Below, piece after piece: positions 58,477 through 64,000 of a stretch of 64,000 nucleotides of DNA. The DNA comes from the human T2T-CHM13v2.0 reference genome, Homo sapiens. Location of the stretch: assembly GCF_009914755.1 (NCBI RefSeq), contig NC_060936.1; one strand, written 5' to 3'. Made by a program: the position numbers and the translations under genes. Within the stretch, counting starts at the first letter, position 1. The number at the start of each line of letters is the position of its first letter. The notes below the pieces were generated by a model. It worked only from the letters and a program-made list of their open reading frames with translations. It was not told the origin of the DNA and ran no database searches.

Positions 58477-59370
58477 ACGGAGTCTCACTCTGTTGCCCAG
58501 GCTGGAGTGCAGTGGCGTGATCTCAGCTCACCGCAGCCTCTGCCCCAAGTGATTCTCCTGCCTCAGCCTCCCGAGTAGCTGGGATTACAGGTGCCCGCCA
58601 CCATGCCTGGCTAATTTTTGTATTTTTAGTAGAGATGAGGTTTTGCCATGTTGGCCAGGCTGGTCTCGAACTCCTGAACTCAGTTGATCCGCCCACCTCG
58701 GCCTCCCAGAGTGCTGGGATTACAGGCGTGAGTCACCGTGTGTGACCGAAATTTCTTTTAAGACATATTCATCCCTGTCACAATATATTATAATGTGTCA
58801 GCAGTTTTTTGATTACTCAAACTTGATAAGTATAGCAATTGTACATTTGTCTTCTTGTTAGAGTTAATATGTATGATGTCTGAGTAACCAGTAAAATGTT
58901 ATACTTACCTATGATCTGTTAACTAACTGTGTCCATCATATGGTATTTTCAGTGTAAAACCCAGCTCAGTGGTTGGGCTACTTTGGTAACCCAGTCTTCT
59001 CCCCCAAGCCATATGTCAGATACTTAGTGTGAAGTATCTTAGCAAGTTGGTTTTCTGGCTTTTGTAGATCTGCTTTTTGTGAGCCAGTGCTTGATGTCAC
59101 TTGGTATATACCATTTTTGAGCATCATGGCATGATGCTTTTTTGTCACTTGACTTAGCAACTGTGTATAGAATCATGAGCTATTTGGAAGATCACTGGGC
59201 TTCTCTTAGTAGATGTGGGAGAGGGAGAATTTCACATTTCTGAGTCTTGGAATCCCACAAGTTGAGCTGGCATACAACCTGATGAGAATTTCAGCCCTTC
59301 CCAGATTTGTAGAAAAAATGCAGTTACAGTCTGATTTTTATTTTATTTTTATTTTTTTAAAATTAATTAA

Positions 59371-59705
<335 letters not shown>

Positions 59706-60013
59706 TAATCACAGTAATTATATACCTGTACCTTATTGATATTATAGAATTAGACATGAAATGTTGGCATTTGTCCCGTAAGTGTAATATTGAAATGAAA
59801 AATCTCCCATGTGATTTCTTGAACCCTTATTCAAAAATATCACTTGATTACCAATAATAAGATTCTCTAGCTGATTTTAAGAGTGATGCTGTTTGGCCGG
59901 GCGCGGTGGCTCGTGCCTATAATCCCAGCACTTTGGGAGGCTGAGGCGCGCGGATCACGGGGTCAGGAGTTTGAGACCAGCCTGGCCAATATGGTGAAAC
60001 CCCGTCTCTACTA

Positions 60014-60208
<195 letters not shown>

Positions 60209-60563
60209 TTATTTTGATCAAAGATAGGAGTCCTGATCTTTGAAGGACATTATTTGCTAAACTATAAATGTAAAGGATCAAATAATGTAGGAAATGCATC
60301 CCAGTTTTTTCCTACATACCAGTCATTAGAATATAGACTATGGTTGGTTTGTTTGTAGAGATGAGGTTTCACCATGTTGCCCAGGCTGGTCTCCAACTCC
60401 TCGACTCAAGCGATCTGCCCGCCTTGGCCTCTGAAAATGCTGAGATTACAATAGACTATGTGTTTTGAATGATAAAATATGAATGAGAGTTTGGAAACTT
60501 AGTACTACTATAAAAGACAAGAAAACTTGATCTGATTTTGTGCTTTGAGATTGGCTTTTGTGA

Positions 60564-60815
<252 letters not shown>

Positions 60816-62007
60816 TGAGGAGGACTTGATCATCCTCCTCAGCCTCCCAAGGTGCTGGGATTACAGGCCTCTGAGCCACCATGCCTAGCGGGTTTTGTCT
60901 TTTGAAGAGTAGTTGTTGGTAGGAACATCAGATTTTTTTCTTTGAAATGAACTTTAAAAAAACAAAAACATTTTCGGCTGGTCACAGTAATCCCAGCACT
61001 TTGGAAAGCTGAGGTTGGTAGATCGCTTGAGCTCAGGAGTTTTGAGTCCAGCCTGGGCAACGTGACAAAATCCTGTCTCTACAAAAATTAGCTGGGTGTA
61101 GTGGCACACGCCTGTGGTCTTAGCCACTCCGGGGGATGAGGTGGGAGAATTGCTTGAGCCCAGGAGGTTGAGGCTGCTGTGAGATCGTGCCACCGCACTC
61201 CAGCCTGGATGACAGAGTGAGATCCTGTCTCAAAAAAAAGAACAAAAAACATTTTTAATGTATAGTTCAGGGGCTTTAAGTACATTCACCTTATTGTGTA
61301 ATCGCCACCCGCTCTCTGTCTCCAGAACTTGTAAATTATCATCCCAAATTGAAATCTATACCCATTAAACAAACTTACTCTCTGCTCCCACTAGCTCCTG
61401 GTAACCACAGTTCTACTTTCTATCTCTGTGTGTTTGACTGTTGTAGGTATCTAATATAAGTAGAAAACACCTGATTTTGTTGGCCTAATTATTTTTTTAG
61501 ATTTCTTATTTCTTCTTTCTCTCTTAAGTGTTAAAGTGTCATCATGGAACAGAAACAGATGAGGAAAAAATTGGTAACCCTAGAAGATTTTATGCTTCTG
61601 ATTATTGAAAGATGACAGTTTTACTGGAGCAGTAAGTTAGCAAGATCTAAACTATATTAATTTCTGTTCTTTTTCTCATTCCACTATAATCTTTGCCCTG
61701 GGGAGAAAAGCAAAACCATTATATATCCACTTAGCATTGTTTTTTTCCCCCTTTTAAGTTGTCTATGTTGCTATGTTCATGTGGACTTCTTTGGAGGCTG
61801 AAGTCAAGTGGAGTTTAGATTTTCCTGGCCTGATTTCTACATTAAAATTAAACTAATCTAAACACCAAATTATGAATACACTTTTTTTTCTTAAACAGAG
61901 ATGAGGTCTCACTGTGTTGCCCATGCTGGTCTTGCCTTGGCCTCCCAAAGTGCTAGGATTACAGGTGTGAGCCACCATGCCCAGACCAATACACCTTTTT
62001 TTTTTAA

Positions 62008-62199
<192 letters not shown>

Positions 62200-62906
62200 T
62201 AAGTAGCTGGGACTACAGGTGTGCGCCACCACACCTGACTTACTTTTGTATTTTTAGTAGAGATGGGGTTTCACCATGTTGGCCCGCCTAGTCTCGAACA
62301 CCTGACCTCAGGTGATCCACCCGCCTCTGGCTCCCAAAGTGCTGGGATTACAGGCCTGAGCCACCGTGCCCGGCCTAGGTCCGTACGTCTATGTGTGACT
62401 GGTTTCTGAAGATTAGACTCTGAGTTATCTTACTAATCGAATTTCAAATCCCAGTGTCCTCTTAATATAAGTCTTGGAAAGTGGGGAACTTGTAGGACTT
62501 TAGAGGCTCAGTGTAAAATATATTACTGTTCTTTCTTAGCTATTTCTCACATAAAAACAATTTCTGGAAAGAAAGCCAGAGGTTTAGGTTTCTTGATATA
62601 GGATTTATTTTCTGTGTCATTTGAGGTTTACTTTTGCATATATTCTTTGGTGTGTTTTTTTGTTGAGAGGCAAAGCGAGGAGATTGTGGGCAAGGGAGGA
62701 ATATGGTACAGTATTATTGGAAGACTTGAATGAGTCCAGTTAACTATAGCACTCAGGAGGTCAAGGTTGCAGTGAGCTATAATTGTGCCACTGCCTTCCA
62801 GCCTGGATGATAGAGCAAGACTCTGTCTCATTAAAAAAAAGAAAAAGAAAATAAAAATTGGGCTTGGTGGTACCGTGGAATCATCCATCCAACCCCTCTG
62901 CCTGAC

Positions 62907-62908
<2 letters not shown>

Positions 62909-62952
<44 letters not shown>
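62909..62952 (+). repeat. (TG)22 microsatellite at the tail of a minus-strand Alu-derived element
   Basis: Uninterrupted TG run next to an Alu-like 3' end; CTGACTTT repeated on both sides of the unit. Confidence 0.93.
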
Positions 62953-62959
<7 letters not shown>

Positions 62960-63661
62960 TTTTAATGAGACAGTCTTACTATGTTGTCCAAGCTAGTCTT
63001 ACTATGTTGTCCAGCTCCTGGGCTTAAGCAGTGCTCCCATCTCAGCTTCTTGAGTTCCTGGGATTCCAGGCATATATCACCACACTCAGCTGGCCTATCT
63101 GACTTTAGATGGTGTCTCTCTTTTCTTTTTGTGTAATTTTACTGAAAACAAGATCATTTACTCAGTATAATTAGGCCTTTATTTTGGCATGTAGATTATT
63201 CTGTTAACTTGCTCTGCATTTAGAATATATTTGGCTGATTTTAATTTACTGGTAATAACTGAATTTCCTTGTGCATACTTACTCTGACAGATTAACATTG
63301 CACTTTTTTGCAGTGGATTTTTCATTTATTTACAGAAAGATTTCATGGATTCATTTGTGTTCTTCAGGTGCATAGATGTTTGTGCATTTATCTATATTAT
63401 CATACAAGCCATTTTAAGTATAGGCCATTCAAATACATTCAGATACATACACTGGTACAAGGATACACTGGTTCATACACTGGTTCAAGGATATTGACCA
63501 AAGTGAAGGAGACTCAGACTACCCTTGGCTCCTAGGTTTGTACCATTCTTATTCACTTTGGGCATTTTGGAGAAGATTCCCGGAGGCAAAACCTGTTCTG
63601 ACAGAAACTCAGTACTTTGTAGAGTTCTCAACAGAAAGCCAAAACCTCCCTGTAACACTGA

Positions 63662-63940
<279 letters not shown>

Positions 63941-64000
63941 TGAACTCCTGACCTCAAGTGATCCACTCACCTCGGCCTCTCAGAGTGCTGGGATTACAGG

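Noticed and set aside
63447-63493. ATACACTGGT(A/T)C repeated three times
   Set aside because: Small slippage duplication with no further structure.

Overview
Primate (human-like) genomic DNA, extremely Alu-rich, containing the 5' end of AEBP2 (PRC2 accessory zinc-finger protein) on the + strand: CpG-island promoter (~34.0-35.6 kb), long coding exon 1 (ATG 34475, donor after 35145), a short alternative first coding exon (MYTRRYS, 35480-35502) and exon 2 (57290-57497, first C2H2 finger). The rest is upstream/intronic sequence made of Alus, one 5'-truncated L1PA, ERV1/ERVL/MaLR LTRs and retrocopies: a PDCD5 retrocopy nested in a MER41A-type LTR, a 3'-truncated PEA15 retrocopy, a full-length EEF1A1 retrocopy antisense in intron 1, and two U6 copies. 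Almost all other ORFs in the track are Alu/L1 artefacts. I found no novel multi-gene system. The best leads are a complete MER41B LTR with two intact STAT GAS motifs ~3.4 kb upstream of the AEBP2 start codon, a U6 copy joined to a 33-bp inverted duplication of its own flank, and a PDCD5 retrocopy whose 5' end is not canonical exon 1. Repeat family names and pseudogene numbers come from recalled consensus sequences, not from a search.
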